Below are positions 36,445-50,279 of a stretch of 64,000 nucleotides of DNA, in pieces (position 1 is the first letter of the stretch; the number at the start of each line of letters is the position of its first letter). Below the pieces are notes generated by a model. It made no database searches, was not told the origin of the DNA, and saw nothing but the letters and a program-made list of their open reading frames with translations. The position numbers and the translations under genes are program-made. This stretch comes from Octopus sinensis. Its lineage: Eukaryota. The stretch lies in NCBI RefSeq assembly GCF_006345805.1, contig NC_042998.1, forward strand, positions 82,150,001 through 82,214,000. The letters run 5' to 3'.

Positions 36445-39400
36445 TAATATTCGCTAATTGTTTTTAGATAAAAACTTCTAACAATTTGGATTAATATTTT
36501 AAATACTTTAATGCCTCCTATTCAATGCAAATTTGCATGATGAGTATGGAAATATCTGTATTAATAGAGTGATGTTTTACTTTTACAAACATCCTGCTCG
36601 AAGATCTAATATCATTTTCCTGCAAAAGTGACACATAGAACGGTAAGAAAAATGAGTACGTTTAATAAATAACGATATCCTCTAGCCATATATATTCTAG
36701 GTAAGTGCTCACGCCCGAAACACATACTCACAAGCACGCACACATACATACACATACACATATACACATACATACCTACACACATACATATATACAAACG
36801 CATATATACACATACACGTACATGCATACATACATACATACATACATACATACATACATACTTACATACCTACATACATGCATACACAGAGACATACACA
36901 CACATATATATAATTGTATTAAAGGGGATGTATATATGACTAAACACAAGAAAAAATAAGCGAATGTATCGTTTCTTTGGTACAAAAAGGACATTATTTA
37001 CTTGTACCAACGCGTGTTATTTTAGCGGCAAAAGCTACTAAAAAATATCAATACAAGCTAAACTAATTATTGTACTTTTTAGCAGGAAAATAAAGTTATA
37101 TGCAATTTGTATTAAGCACTTAATGTGAATAGCAAATATATATTCTGTAATTGAATTTTTCATCTTAAGTAGTGTCGTTGTTAGTCAGAAAACAGGTTTT
37201 CTGTAAAAGCTGTTATGATTAAAACTACTCTAGATATGCTAAATGCCTATACGATACAAACTATACGGATTTTCATTAAATGAAGTAAATATCTCGTATT
37301 ATTCCGAATAGGATTTTGCATTAACTCATTTTTTATGTAATGATAGATTAAATGTATTTAACATTCTGTAGGAATTCACTAGTTAAAATTATAAACGCCA
37401 CAGCTATGTCAGTATTTGAAAAAAATCATTTATGGGCATTTAGGATGAAGAAATTTGAGTTTATGATTAAAGAGTTTCTTACAACAAAGGGAAAATGAAT
37501 TTTAGCAAAGTAATAGAATCTGAAGCTGTAGATGTTTTATTAGTGACTCACTTCCTGGCTGAAAATGTTTCATTCCACGCACGTAGCTACTTCCTTAGGA
37601 AAACGAGTGAAAGTTAAAATATTTGAGCTTTTGTCGTCTTAGTAAACCTCAATGTCTATGCATCTAAAACACCATCACTCATTTAAGTTGTTTGAAGACG
37701 AATGAGTAAGATAGATGGAGGCGGAGACATTTTGCACACGGTAAACGCTTTGTGAGAGCTACGTATGTTTTGAAAGATGATACTAGGTTCATTATGCTTT
37801 ATGACTTTGAGTCAGTAAATTAAATATCAATCAGATACTAGGTTGGTTTGACTGCTTATGTTGCATTAAAAATTAAACTTTCTTTCAAGTCGAATCCGAG
37901 TCTTCTCCTTTACCTTCATAAAGCTCTGATGAAATATGAGTTAATTAAGTTTATACTTATTTGTTCATTCAGCTCTCAGAGTGTTATTTAAGTCGCAAAA
38001 TGATAAAACAGAGAAACAAACTAGAAATATTACTATATTTAAGGCGACCGTTCATGCTCGGGAATTGAAAATGTGATACAGTATATATTACATTCAAGTA
38101 TCTGAGAAATGTATTAAATGTCAAGCAGAAAAAAAACGCATGTTATTTAAACGCAGATTACCACAGAAATCATTGCTTCTGTCTATGCTAAAGAAACCGA
38201 ATTATCCCCTGTGAAACATTACGAAGGAAATCATCCAAGTAAGCAGTATTGTTGATATATTATAAATCAAATCGTTTTCAATTAACCAGTTCCTCGATCT
38301 TGTGAGAAATAAACTGAGAGATTTAGATTCCATAGGCAAATGTACGACTTTTATTATACTGTTCGTAAATGAAATAAACTATAACACGATCCTATTCTTT
38401 CTTATTTAATCATATTAAAAACTTTAGAAATATAACTATTGCACTAGAGTTGTGCTTCAATTTTAAAAGCTCCGTGAAGTGGAAAATTGATTCATTATGT
38501 ATACTATTTAAAAAGGAATTTCAAAAATTTACCGATTTAAGCAAGGTTATATAAGATATTACAATTCCCTGTGTGAAATAACGTGAAGATTGAGTGAAAT
38601 ACTTTATATTGACAAAGGTTATTCACAGCCGTTTCTTCCACTAAACATTAACAGGTGAGTTCTAGTGAGAGTAATTACATTGAATGGAAATTATATATTC
38701 CTCGCCAACGGCTTATATAAAATTGCAATTGCTCGTTTCAATAGAAATGAAGTAATGAAGACTGTAGCTATCTCCTTATAGAAAGTATCGGTGAATGTGA
38801 GTGTGTGAATAAAATGTGTGTGAATTGTATTGGCACTACTTTCATGTGACGCTACTTTCTCTGATTGAATAGATATTGGTATAGTGTTGCGATTGACATT
38901 ATCGACCACCGAAAAAATAAAGGTTCAATTGAAAATATTTGAACTCTAAATAGCATTCTCGGGCAGTATATATTTTTCATGCCATTTAGAAACCGAACTT
39001 GTTTGAAACGTTATAAAGTCATCTGCAGTTTTAGAAATACTCAGCGTAAATTAAGAATCAATGTAATACAATTTGAACAAATCCTCGTCAATTAATACTT
39101 TGTGCTCTTTACAAAGAGTAGTGTGCATGCCTATTAGAAAGCCTGTTGTTAAGTTTTAAAATATTCATGACAGTAATTTAGCTTACAGTGTAGAAATCAT
39201 GCTAAATTGCTTATATCTTTCACCAATGTCAGCTGGTGAATCAGGAATCGATTTATACGAAGTAATTTAAGCTTGATTTAAAAGTCACGACTTCATGTTT
39301 GCTTTACCGTATGTTTTATTCATTAAATTAAATTAATAAAATTCTACGATCCGTGTTTATCTTATTATTACTGCATAATGTTTTTTAAAACTATTTGCAC

Positions 39401-39574
39401 TAATATCATCTTCCATATGTTTGCTGTTAGATAATCGTGGGATATTGCAGTCTTAAATTACATAGGATTTGACGTAATGCGTCGTTTAGATAGTACGTTC
39501 TAGAGTTGATTTCACGGCTTTGCTTCACAGCTTTGCTTCGATTCTCAGCCATGACCTCTAAAATCTACATTTTC

Positions 39575-39740
39575 TTTTTCATTCTCTCTCTGTTTATTTT
39601 CACTTATTCCTTTCTTTTGCAGAGCGTAGGCTTGAAACGTAAAAGACTTTTTAATTTTCCTGAGCGTCACACTAATACACTTGCTTGTTGTTCATACACT
39701 TGTCTTCATCCTTTGTTATTCTATACATTTCATCTATTTA
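39575..39740 (+). mobile_element. Family Y element, copy 2 (HHR core decayed)
   Basis: GAGCGTAGGCTTGAAACGTAAAAGACTTTT...CCTGAGCGT..ACTAATACA matches the reverse complement of 14986-15150. Confidence 0.65.
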
Positions 39741-40049
39741 ATGGAAGTTTGATTATTCTAGAGAATAAAACCTTCCAAGCTAGCATGAGTGTCGTAAAAT
39801 GTAGTCTTAGAGTCAAGTTTTGGCTGCTATATCTAGTATGGTGGTAACTTTTAGAAACCCTTAATTATAATTTTGATATATATGTATATATAAAGAGTGA
39901 GAGAGAAAGAAAGAGAGTGATAGAAAGAGAGAGAGAGAAAGAGAGAGAGAGTGATAGAAAAAGAGAGAGAGAAAGAGTAACAGACAGATTTGCCTACATA
40001 ACAGCCTATTAGCAAATGTACCTATATATGTATATATCTCTAGGTATCA

Positions 40050-40830
40050 CTAATTTTTACTACGGGGGCCGTTTCATTTATGAGGATGTACTCGTATATT
40101 CGTCTGAGTAATGGGCCCTTCGGGTGTTTGGATAAGATTCAAATGTCAAGTCGGTCCAGCGTTCCTCCATATTGGTCTTTAGCATGTTTGTAGAGTATGG
40201 AGAACTGGCTTTTTTCATCATGTTGATTCAAGTGTCAATTTAATCTCTCCGCAATAATTCTAGATGACTCATCAATGTATGCCGTGTTCTTGCCTTTACA
40301 AGCACTCTTCCATTCACCTGGCACGTCCTACATAGCTGCGATCTGATGGAACTACTTAACTTTCCAATGATTTTAATGTTGAGTTTGTCTCCTTCAGAAC
40401 CTTCCTACACATACGGGCTCGTTCTTCATGGTGCGTTGCCTGTACAAACATCACTTCTTGATATTTATCAGTCCAGTACCATGTGTTCAGTGTGTTTGCT
40501 TTGTGACAAAACTCACTGTATAATACATTATTTACATTTTTAACTGTATTCTCTATATAGTATTCCAGTATTTAACACTGTATGTAGGATGGGTACCACT
40601 GGCTTCATTGCATATAATGCTATCTAATTTCTTTCCCGCTTCCCTGTATACATAAATCCTATCTCTCTCGACATGTCCAGAGAATTGCATGCGGTGCATG
40701 AAGTTCTGTACACGTTTCCTTGTTTCGTGAGGTTCGCATGGAGTGGGGCCACGCTATTCATCATCCTTACTATGTCTACTATCAGTTCTTGATTTTCGTA
40801 TTGTGTGTCGAAGATGAGTTCTGGCGGACT
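40050..40830 (-). mobile_element. Penelope-like element ORF remnant: RT thumb region plus GIY-YIG endonuclease
   Basis: Minus-strand frames: CRTCQ..., AYIDESSRIIAERLN*H (YIGET.R.L.ER..EH), LYKHAKDQYGG, ILSKHPKGPLLRRIYEYILINE..P. Confidence 0.65.
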
Positions 40831-40840
40831 ACATATTTAG

Positions 40841-40877
<37 letters not shown>

Positions 40878-40884
40878 ATATATA

Positions 40885-41032
40885 TAGGCTCACGTGTGGT
40901 AAGTAGCTACCTTACCATCCACATGGTTCCGGGTACAGTCCTTCCGCGTGGCACCTTGTGCAAGTCTCTTTAATTATTGCGTCGGGCCGACCTGAGTGGA
41001 TTTGGTAGACGGAAACTGAAAGAAGTTCGTCG

Positions 41033-41116
<84 letters not shown>

Positions 41117-41225
41117 CGTGTGTGCGTGTGTGTGTGTCTGTGTGTGTCTGTGTGTCTGTGCGTGTGTATACACTTGTGTGTTTACATCCCTGTAACTTAT
41201 CGGTTCGACAATAGTGAACGATAAA
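40885..41225 (+). mobile_element. SINE family B
   Basis: Head, body, internal TA/TG tract and partial tail. Confidence 0.75.
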
Positions 41226-41227
41226 AA

Positions 41228-41262
<35 letters not shown>

Positions 41263-41274
41263 GTGTGTGTGTGA

Positions 41275-41313
<39 letters not shown>

Positions 41314-41785
41314 CACACATGTGTGTTTCTGTGTCTGTGTGTATGTTTGTTTTTGACGCCTCTCCATTTGACAGCAAAAGTTAGTTGGTAAGGGTTTGTT
41401 GATTGGAAAGGAGGGGAAATTGAACTTTTAAGTCATAAATTATCAACTTTAAACGGAATGTTGTTTATTTCATATTGGCAGATATGAAGCTATGCAACAT
41501 GGTTGCACTTAAGTTTGTCAAAATTTCTTATTCACATTTTCAGCAATGTTTCAGAACACAGCCATGACGAAAAAGTGCAAAAAGAAAAGCAATATTATTC
41601 ACTTACATAACTATAATTCTTTAATTACATCAGGACATGGAATTCTACGTAATGTAAAGTAATTACCTATCTTATTCAGTGAAATATATAAAACAAAATA
41701 CTGTGCATTGCTACACTGCTTTTTCGAATGTCAGTCTTGGGATCTTATATTATATCATATTATATTATATTATATTATATTATAT

Positions 41786-41816
<31 letters not shown>

Positions 41817-41886
41817 CATTTATATATATTTATGTATGTACACACCCTCCCACACACACACATACACACACACACATACACACACG

Positions 41887-41941
<55 letters not shown>

Positions 41942-42162
41942 GAGGGCATTATTATACATACATGCCACACGCTAAGAGGGACATTAGTCATTTCTACCAA
42001 AAATTTTACTAATCCTACCAAATGCAATTCTTCAAAGCAAGACATTTAAAATAATTAAGTCTTGTATCACCTGTGATTTCGTACTTACGTACTCATCAGC
42101 AAGACTGGTTCTGAACGTATCATAAATAAACGACCTGTCTCGTCGGAGCCCAACAGTTAAAG

Positions 42163-42217
<55 letters not shown>

Positions 42218-42289
42218 TAGAAGCACTCCAAAGGCGAATAACAAGAAAGAGAGACGCATGAGAGACAAGGAATTTAAGGTTGACTAAGG

Positions 42290-42733
42290 TTGACTACTCT
42301 CTCCAACACCGCCGCCGGGTGTGCTACTTCATTTGTGTGATGTGAAAAATATTCCATCAAATTTTGCCCAAATGGTGTTAGCATCAACTTTAAAATCCAT
42401 CCAAACCTGGCCGTCGTGCTATCTGCCATCTACAAAAATCGAACTCAGTACACACAATTACTTTATCTCAACCGCTTCAGTTCTCCTTAATAGTATTCCA
42501 AAATACGTCAAAACGGAAACGGATCCCCCAAAATTCAAATTTTCACTGGACAAATTTCTTCAAAGAATCCCGGACCAACCTCCTACACCCGGATATGTCT
42601 CCAACAATAATAACTCTTTGCCAGAGCGGGCCATGGTACCCCATATATGGTTAAAAAACTTCACCGGGTGGCGCTATTCAGTTAGACATGGCCTGGGTCT
42701 ATACTGGCCGAAACCTATCAAAGTTATCATAGT
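42290..42733 (+). mobile_element. 5'-truncated CR1-clade LINE 3' end between (TA)n tracts
   Basis: FKFSLDKFLQRIPDQPPTPGY.SNNNNSL parallels FKQSLDRFLQRIPDKPPIIGYNSPNKNSL of the 49-52 kb element; same 3' UTR (GTTAGACATGGCCTGG..CTGG.CGAAAC.TATC.AAGT). Confidence 0.85.
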
Positions 42734-43049
42734 TATATATATATATATATATATTAGTGTTATTGATCCGTTAGTGTTATTAAAAGTATTCTTTTTAATA
42801 TTATTTTGTGATATAAGTTGTCGATTGATTCTTCACTCTACCGATTCATGATTAAGGTTCAAACTCGACAGCTATGAAAATAGCCATAATTACGTGAAAC
42901 GTAAAAAACCCAACAAGGTGGTTGGTGATTGATTAATTCAGGATAGATGAAGTAATGTTAGATATGTCGAACAAGAAGAAATAGGTGGACAGTTTAATTG
43001 CATTTCTCGACAATATAATTTTATATCTTTTATTTTGTACTTGCTGCAG

Positions 43050-43247
43050 TCATTAGACCGCGGCCCTGTTGGGGCACCACCGTCAAAAATGTTAGTCGAA
43101 CGAACCGAACTCATTACTTACGTTGCAAGCCTGGTATTTATTCTATCACGCTCTTTTTACAAAACTGCTAAGTTCCGGAGCGTAAACACACACACGCATA
43201 CACACACACGCACACACACACACACACACACCACACACACACACACA

Positions 43248-43278
<31 letters not shown>

Positions 43279-43455
43279 AACATTTATACTAATATAGGTA
43301 AACAACTTCCTACTTTCAGTTCCCGTCTACCAATTGTACCCAAGCTTTAATCGCCCTCTACATCAGTAGAAGACACGCACCGAAGGCACTACACAGTGGG
43401 ACTGAAACTGGAGCCACTTCGTTGTTACAAACATCTTACCACACAGCCATGCATG
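43050..43455 (-). mobile_element. SINE family B, degraded
   Basis: Reverse complement of tail, (CA)n tract and head. Confidence 0.7.
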
Positions 43456-44211
43456 TATTTATAATATGAATGGAATTTTATAAAAGCACATGTATATATC
43501 AATATATACTCACTCATGGGAGTATGGGGTTTACAGAGTTTACAGATGGATCAACATAAACACAATGGCGCACTGCGATGTAATGGTGCTCTGTTCACTG
43601 CAGGAAAACCACTCTTCTAAAAAAATGACCGAACACTAAACAATCACCAAGGCAATACCGAGTACGTAGACTCTGCACAAACGCTTGAAATCTCACTAAT
43701 TCTTGTCAGTTCTCCGTCACACCACACACCAGAGCCTCTTAATAACTGTAAAGTCCATTACACTATATAACAGCTAACAGGCTGATGAAAATCCTGCACC
43801 TTTAAATACAAGTCTATTTGATGAGGATTAACTTGCAGTAAACCAACAAGTAAACGAGCTTCTCCATGGTCAAGCTTTCTCCTTGAAAAAGCAGCCAATG
43901 TTGCATAAAATCACATCCAGCCGACTTCGAGAACGAAGGACACATTGGAGTTTGCAATGCTTCGTATAAAAAAGGCAGTCGTACTTAGAATTATTTTATC
44001 ATAGTTCTGCTTTGTCATATATATATGAGTGTGTATGTGTGTGTGTGTGGGTGCGTGTGCATACGTATAGACATATGTGTATGTATATATACGTATACAC
44101 AATGTACATATCTATTACCGATGTCACATACTTAATGCATATGTTTTGCCCAGAGAAAACGCCCTTTCAGACGCCGGGTGTTAAATTGATGAATACCTAA
44201 AAATGAATTTT

Positions 44212-44283
<72 letters not shown>

Positions 44284-45481
44284 GCGAGCGTTTGTATATG
44301 GCTGGTTGTATGATATTTTTTTTTAATGAATGCAAATCTTTAGTTTTATACAATTGTAGAAGGGAACAGATGACATGACATTATGTGGATTATCGCATAA
44401 TGTGACGAGTGTCTAGCGGATGAGAAAAGATTCGATATTTCGTCCCATTTTCACTTGGATATTTCTTGCATGTTCTGCGAAGCAGCAATACACAGAGAGA
44501 TGGGTCATTATTTCCACATAGCAATATGACAATGGAAGTATTAAATAATAGATTATATTTAAAACATAACAAATTATAAAAATACACACAAAAGAAATTA
44601 TTATCTATTCTTTCGTGAAGGATATCGAACGAGAAATAATCAATATGTCCACATCGGTTTCTACAATATTATGGATATTAATCAATCATTTCTGTTTAAA
44701 CGTAAATGTGATACACGTCTCTGTTTGAGATGTTTACCTCATTTATATCTCTGGTTCGATGACTAGAATATATTTAAGCTCCTTCTACTCAAGTTTCTAT
44801 AGCAAATATGTTAAAATATATGTTGCAATTAAATCAGAGTTCGGATGATTAGATATGTATACTTTATATAAAAGTAAATACACACTCATATATATGTGTC
44901 TGTGTGTAGGGCATACCTATTTCTGCATCTGTGTGTATGTGTGTGTACGTGAGTGTGTATGCATAGATTGTATGTTAGATATAAAAGGAAATTAATGTTT
45001 AAATTATATATAATGATTGGGATTACTTATATGAGCTAAAGGTGTATTTTTGCCAATGTTTACATCGGTATGCACGCGCTATAACCGTGTTTATTAGGGG
45101 ATTTTTAGAAAAAATAATGGAAAATACTTCAGAATTACAGAGAAGACAGAATTCCTTGCCTTTGTCATAAGGTATTGAGATAGAGAGAATCAACCATTCT
45201 AAATCAAATTGTTCGTTGTGGTCATTTAGATCCCAAATTAATTTACTGAACCCTGTACTGTTACGTTTATTCCTATCCCTAAATGTTGATTAATGCATAT
45301 AAATTCTTTTAGATAACTGTAACGACGTGCTTCCAATGTAAACTCGTACTTTATTATGAGTACTGATTTTACACTAGTATATAGAATTTTTAATTTTAGA
45401 GTTACTTGATATAAACTTAATTCTGTTGGAATTGACTTCAGATACAATAATCTTGTTATCAATATTTCTAGAGGGATGGAT

Positions 45482-45534
<53 letters not shown>

Positions 45535-46419
45535 ACGCATTTATATATATTGGACTCTACTCACAGTAGAGTATACTGTCTTTATTTCCAAATTGGCATT
45601 AAAATAAGAACATTTACATTACATATATGTGTGTGTATGAATATGTATATATGTATATCTATCTAACCATCAACCTCTCTCTCTCTCTCTCTCTTTCTAT
45701 ATATGTATATACAAAAAGATACATATCCATATACATGCATAAATAAATCTATGCATGCACGCAGAACTCTTGTCATGGCGCATTTTCCTGTCTTATAAAT
45801 TTAAATAATTTTTCTGTTACAATTAACGCGATAAAAACACCTGAAAACCATAAACTTAAAATCAATCATTTCTTTACTCTTAAAACTGTAAGAATCGATA
45901 ACAAAATACAAAAATTGATCCCTTACTCGACATATATCTTAATGCTATTTGGTTTTGTTGTTACGCCTGTTGACTTCAAATTATAACATAGTGGCTTATG
46001 TCATTTACTTTTTATCTAACAAATACAATAAATATCAAGTGACATTTAATATTATCGTGTCCATTTTGCTGAATGATTTGAAAGACATTTATACATTTTC
46101 CAACTTGTCCACATCACAAAATATACGGTTCATAGAATGAGTTCATTAATGCCTTTGTTTCCTTTCAGATGAAGTTATATAGCACAGTACAATAGCCTGA
46201 TACTGACAGATAGATAATCTGAGTGCAATGTCTACCTTATGACACAACAAAGTTGAAGCTAATTACATTCACTTTTAGCCCTCTTGACTTTGCAAAATAA
46301 AGTGAGGCAACTCAAAATTCCATGTAATTTTTTCCAGGAAAGGGTAATTAATGTATCGCGCGTTCATAAATGCGTATGTACGTGTATGTTATTCAGCATT
46401 AAGTGAAAATAAGCAACGG

Positions 46420-46630
46420 TTTCAGATTTTGGTACAAGGCCATCAGTTGGGAGAGGAGGTAAGTCGATTACATCTATCCCAGTACTATACTGATACACAT
46501 TTTATCGACCACGGAAGAATGAAAAGCAAATCGACATCGGCGGTATTTGATCCCAGAACGTAAAGACGGTCTAAATGCAGCTGAGCATTTTGACCGAGGC
46601 AGTAACGATTCTACTAACGCACTGCCTTAA
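46420..46630 (-). mobile_element. SINE family A, degraded
   Basis: TTTTATCGACC..GGA.GAATGAAAAGCAAA.TCGAC motifs. Confidence 0.7.
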
Positions 46631-47324
46631 AATGAAAATAGCTATCTTATTTATTACACGTGGCCATATGTTTCACTTTACACCAACGTTTCAAGGAAAT
46701 TATGGATTAATACCGCTGATGTAATTTCTTGAACAGAATAAACTGGAATTCCTGAAAATAAAGCCAGGTTATTTTGAAAGGAAATGAACCATAGTAGAGA
46801 ATGGTGGTGTTTGTACAGTTGTTCAAGTTCTGAAGAATTATAATTCGATAGAGTGAGAAAATAAGAAAGGTGAAAAATTCCTTATAATGATATATCGAGG
46901 GAAGGAATTATAGAACGGAAATGTGATTGTTAAGAGACCAATTCATGCAAATAACTATGGTTTGGAAGTTAGTCAGTTGCATGGTTCGTGGGAAGTTAAT
47001 TATAGTCACAGCTGTGACATGCCACAATAAGGCTGATTTGTAAAATATAAGTAGTATTAAAAGTACGATGTGCATTGTTAATGCATCTCTAATGCAGGGC
47101 TTAACATTAACTAGAATAAGTTAATGATAAAATCTACGTAACTGTCATTAACAGAGGGCAATACAAAATAATATATAATAAACTGTAAGGCGGTGTTACA
47201 GGGTTAGCAGAGAACTTGCCTTTTTAAGGGAGCAGCAGTCTAAGAGAGGAAGGAGGAGGAAACAACGACGGGGACGACGACGACGACGACAACCCGACAT
47301 GAGATGAGTCTATGTTAGAAGGTA

Positions 47325-48060
47325 TTGGCGGGCTCAGAACAAGAATTGAAACTAGTAGAGCACCTAGACAAAACCTCCGATGAATTTGGCACGGAGGTAA
47401 GCGCAGAGAAAACAAAAGTTATGACAAACGGAAGCCGTATCAACATAAGCGTCAGCGGAGTTGAGCTTGAACAAGTTCAAAACTTCAAATATCTTGGAGT
47501 GATAGGGAGTGACCAAGGTTCCAAGCCTGCTGTGATGCCCGCATTGCCAAAGCAATGACCAAATTCAGAACACTGTGGAAAGACAGAAATATTTCACTGA
47601 ACTCCAAAATTAGGCTAATGAGATCACTAGTGATCTCAATATACCTGTATGCCTGTGAGTCATGCTCACTGACAGCAGAAATCGATAGAAGAATCCAGGT
47701 TACAGAGATGAAATGTTTCAGGAGACTTTTGGGAATATCATACATAAATCGTGAAACAAATGAAGAATTGAAAAGAATAAGACAGGCAATAGGGGTCTAT
47801 GAGGAACTTCTTACCATAGTAAAGAAAGGCTCGTTCAGTTGGTTTGTGCATGTCCCTCGCTCATCAGAGATAGCCAAAACAATCCTTCAGGTAACAGTCA
47901 AAGGTGACAGACGCATATGTAGAAGAGAAAGAGATGGGAAAACAGTATCTGTGAGTGGACAGGCCAAAAGATGAGAGACGCAGGGCGAGGGGAGGAGACG
48001 GTAGGCGGGATATGGCCGCAAAGTGAGCAAGACTACGGGATATGTAATGTGATGTAATAT
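47325..48060 (+). mobile_element. RTE-clade LINE RT C-terminal fragment, frameshifted, with short 3' tail
   Basis: EVSAEKTKVMTN..LEQVQNFKYLG; LWKDRNISLNSKIRLMRSLVISIYLYACES..LTAE..RRIQVTEMKCFRRLLGISY..WF.HV.R..AKTILQ.TV.G. Confidence 0.85.
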
Positions 48061-49166
48061 AAATACTGGAAAAATTTACAAGCGTCCTACCTGAGAGTGA
48101 CAAAATATCCCCCAGAATTCAGTGAACATTATAAAATAATTCGACCAAATTATGGGAAGAATAAAATCGAATGTCACCTACATTACGATATAAATATTCT
48201 TAGGGAATGAATATTGTGATGGATATCTCCATAAGTAATAGATATGATATATTCAAATGTCAGGTAATAGGGAAGAAATTCGACAGTTTAATCATCGTAA
48301 TGGCCGGGTACGCCAAGTTTTGTAATCTAGTGAAAAAATTATAGACATTAATGTTCGTTATTTATATAAAATAAGAGGAAACGAATGAGGGTATATCCTG
48401 GCTTCATTGGAAAAAACGAAATATGAATCTGTATAACACGCCACTCACTGAAACTCACAACTCTTTATTCAATAGAAATAAACTGATTAACATATGTATA
48501 TGGAAACTGATCTGAGATGGTAAACGATGCAATTTGGACAATAAAATGTTGAAAGCAATTGTTGTTAAATAAATTGGTGATTGAATGTTGCGTTGAAATC
48601 AATTTATATAAACTGGTATATCTATTGAATAATAATTGCAATTCAATTAACAAATTATTTTATTCTTCGGGAAATATCCGCAAGCAATCACTAACCAACG
48701 ATAATCAATAGCCGGCTTAAATAATTAATAACTTAATTAGAGAACATCTGCATTGATTCCGGAGATGTAGAAAGACTGGATTAAAAAATTTCTGATAAAA
48801 CACTGAATACTTTAAAAACAATCATACTCTTGCTATATTCTAAGGGTATATCGAATCATTGCGTTTTGGTTTGATATTTATGTATATATATATATACACG
48901 TACGGAAACACTCACACACATACATTACAGAGATGGGGCAAAGTTTGTATTTCCTAATATTTTTATAATCATTTATTAATGTAATGTATTATATAAAATA
49001 TTTTTATATTGTGATATAATTTACCTTCATAGAAATACACCTGAATAAATATAACATGTATAAATTTATATGCGTGAGTTCATCAATATATCTCCATCGA
49101 CATGCGAATATCTTCGTTTACCTATCTATCTATCTATCCATCTATCTATCTATGTATCTATCTATC

Positions 49167-49279
<113 letters not shown>

Positions 49280-49461
49280 CACGTATATAATATGTATATA
49301 TTAGAAAAAAAAACTTTTTATTAATTCAAAATGAATAATTAACTTACACCATCTAGAAAATTACATATAATAGTAAAGTTAAAATTAAAATAACAATTAA
49401 AAAGTAAAGTTTGGATTTTATTCCCTCAAATAATAATTTTATATATATATATATATATATA

Positions 49462-50279
49462 AAAGATTTCACCATTGTTCGTGCGGATCGCACAGACCGA
49501 AATAAGGGAGGGACAGCCATCTTTATCCATGACTCCTTTTCACTTGATGCCAAGGACACATTTTCCAATGGCTACTGTGAATCGGTATCAGTATACAACA
49601 AAGCCAAGGACATAACCATTGTTGGTCTTTACAGGCCTCCCCAGGCACCTCTAAAGTACTTTGAAGAGTGCCTTAGCAAAGTCAAGTCCTTTCTTCGGAA
49701 GTACCACTCCGGAAACATAATAGTGATGGGTGATTTTAACCTCCCTCATGTGAACTGGCCCACAAATACTCCGAAGTTAGGCAAGTGCTCTACATCAGAT
49801 AGGGCAGCAGCAGAACTGCTCTTTAATCTGATGGATGAGTATTTCCTGACTCAGCTAGTGCTTGAACCAACGAGACAGAATAAAACGATCTTGGATCTGG
49901 TACTGACCAATCACTCTAGCTACGTTCACAGCATTTCAGTCGAAAAAACTCTCCTCTCAGACCACGACATGGTACTCTGCAATCTTAATTCCCGACGTAT
50001 AAAAACCAAACCAGCCAATCCCACTCCATGGCACCCATTTGACAACATAAATTTCCACAAAGCGGACTGGGGAAAAATCAGAAAGGATCTGTCTTCCATC
50101 GACTGGTCTTTTACTCTCAATTCCCCTCATATTGAGACCGCGTGGCAGCACTTTGAAACCATTGTCACCGACACATGCTCTAAACACGCTCCCAAGAAAT
50201 CTACTAACACAAACAGAAACCGGCTCCCTAAAAAGAAAAAAACACTCATCAGGCGCATCAAAAGACTCAACAAAAAAAA
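49462..50279 (+). pseudogene. LINE ORF2 part 1: apurinic/apyrimidinic-like endonuclease (N-terminus missing)
   Basis: GGTAIF, IVGLYRPP, IIVMGDFNLPHVNW, LTQLVLEPTR, ILDLVLTN, LSDHDMV motifs; reading frame shifts in the A8 run at 50272-50279. Confidence 0.9.

Noticed and set aside
43560-43990. Possible second L1/Tx1 C-terminal relic (minus strand); similar weak EN-like signal at 35460-35800
   Set aside because: Similarity too weak to support without a profile search.
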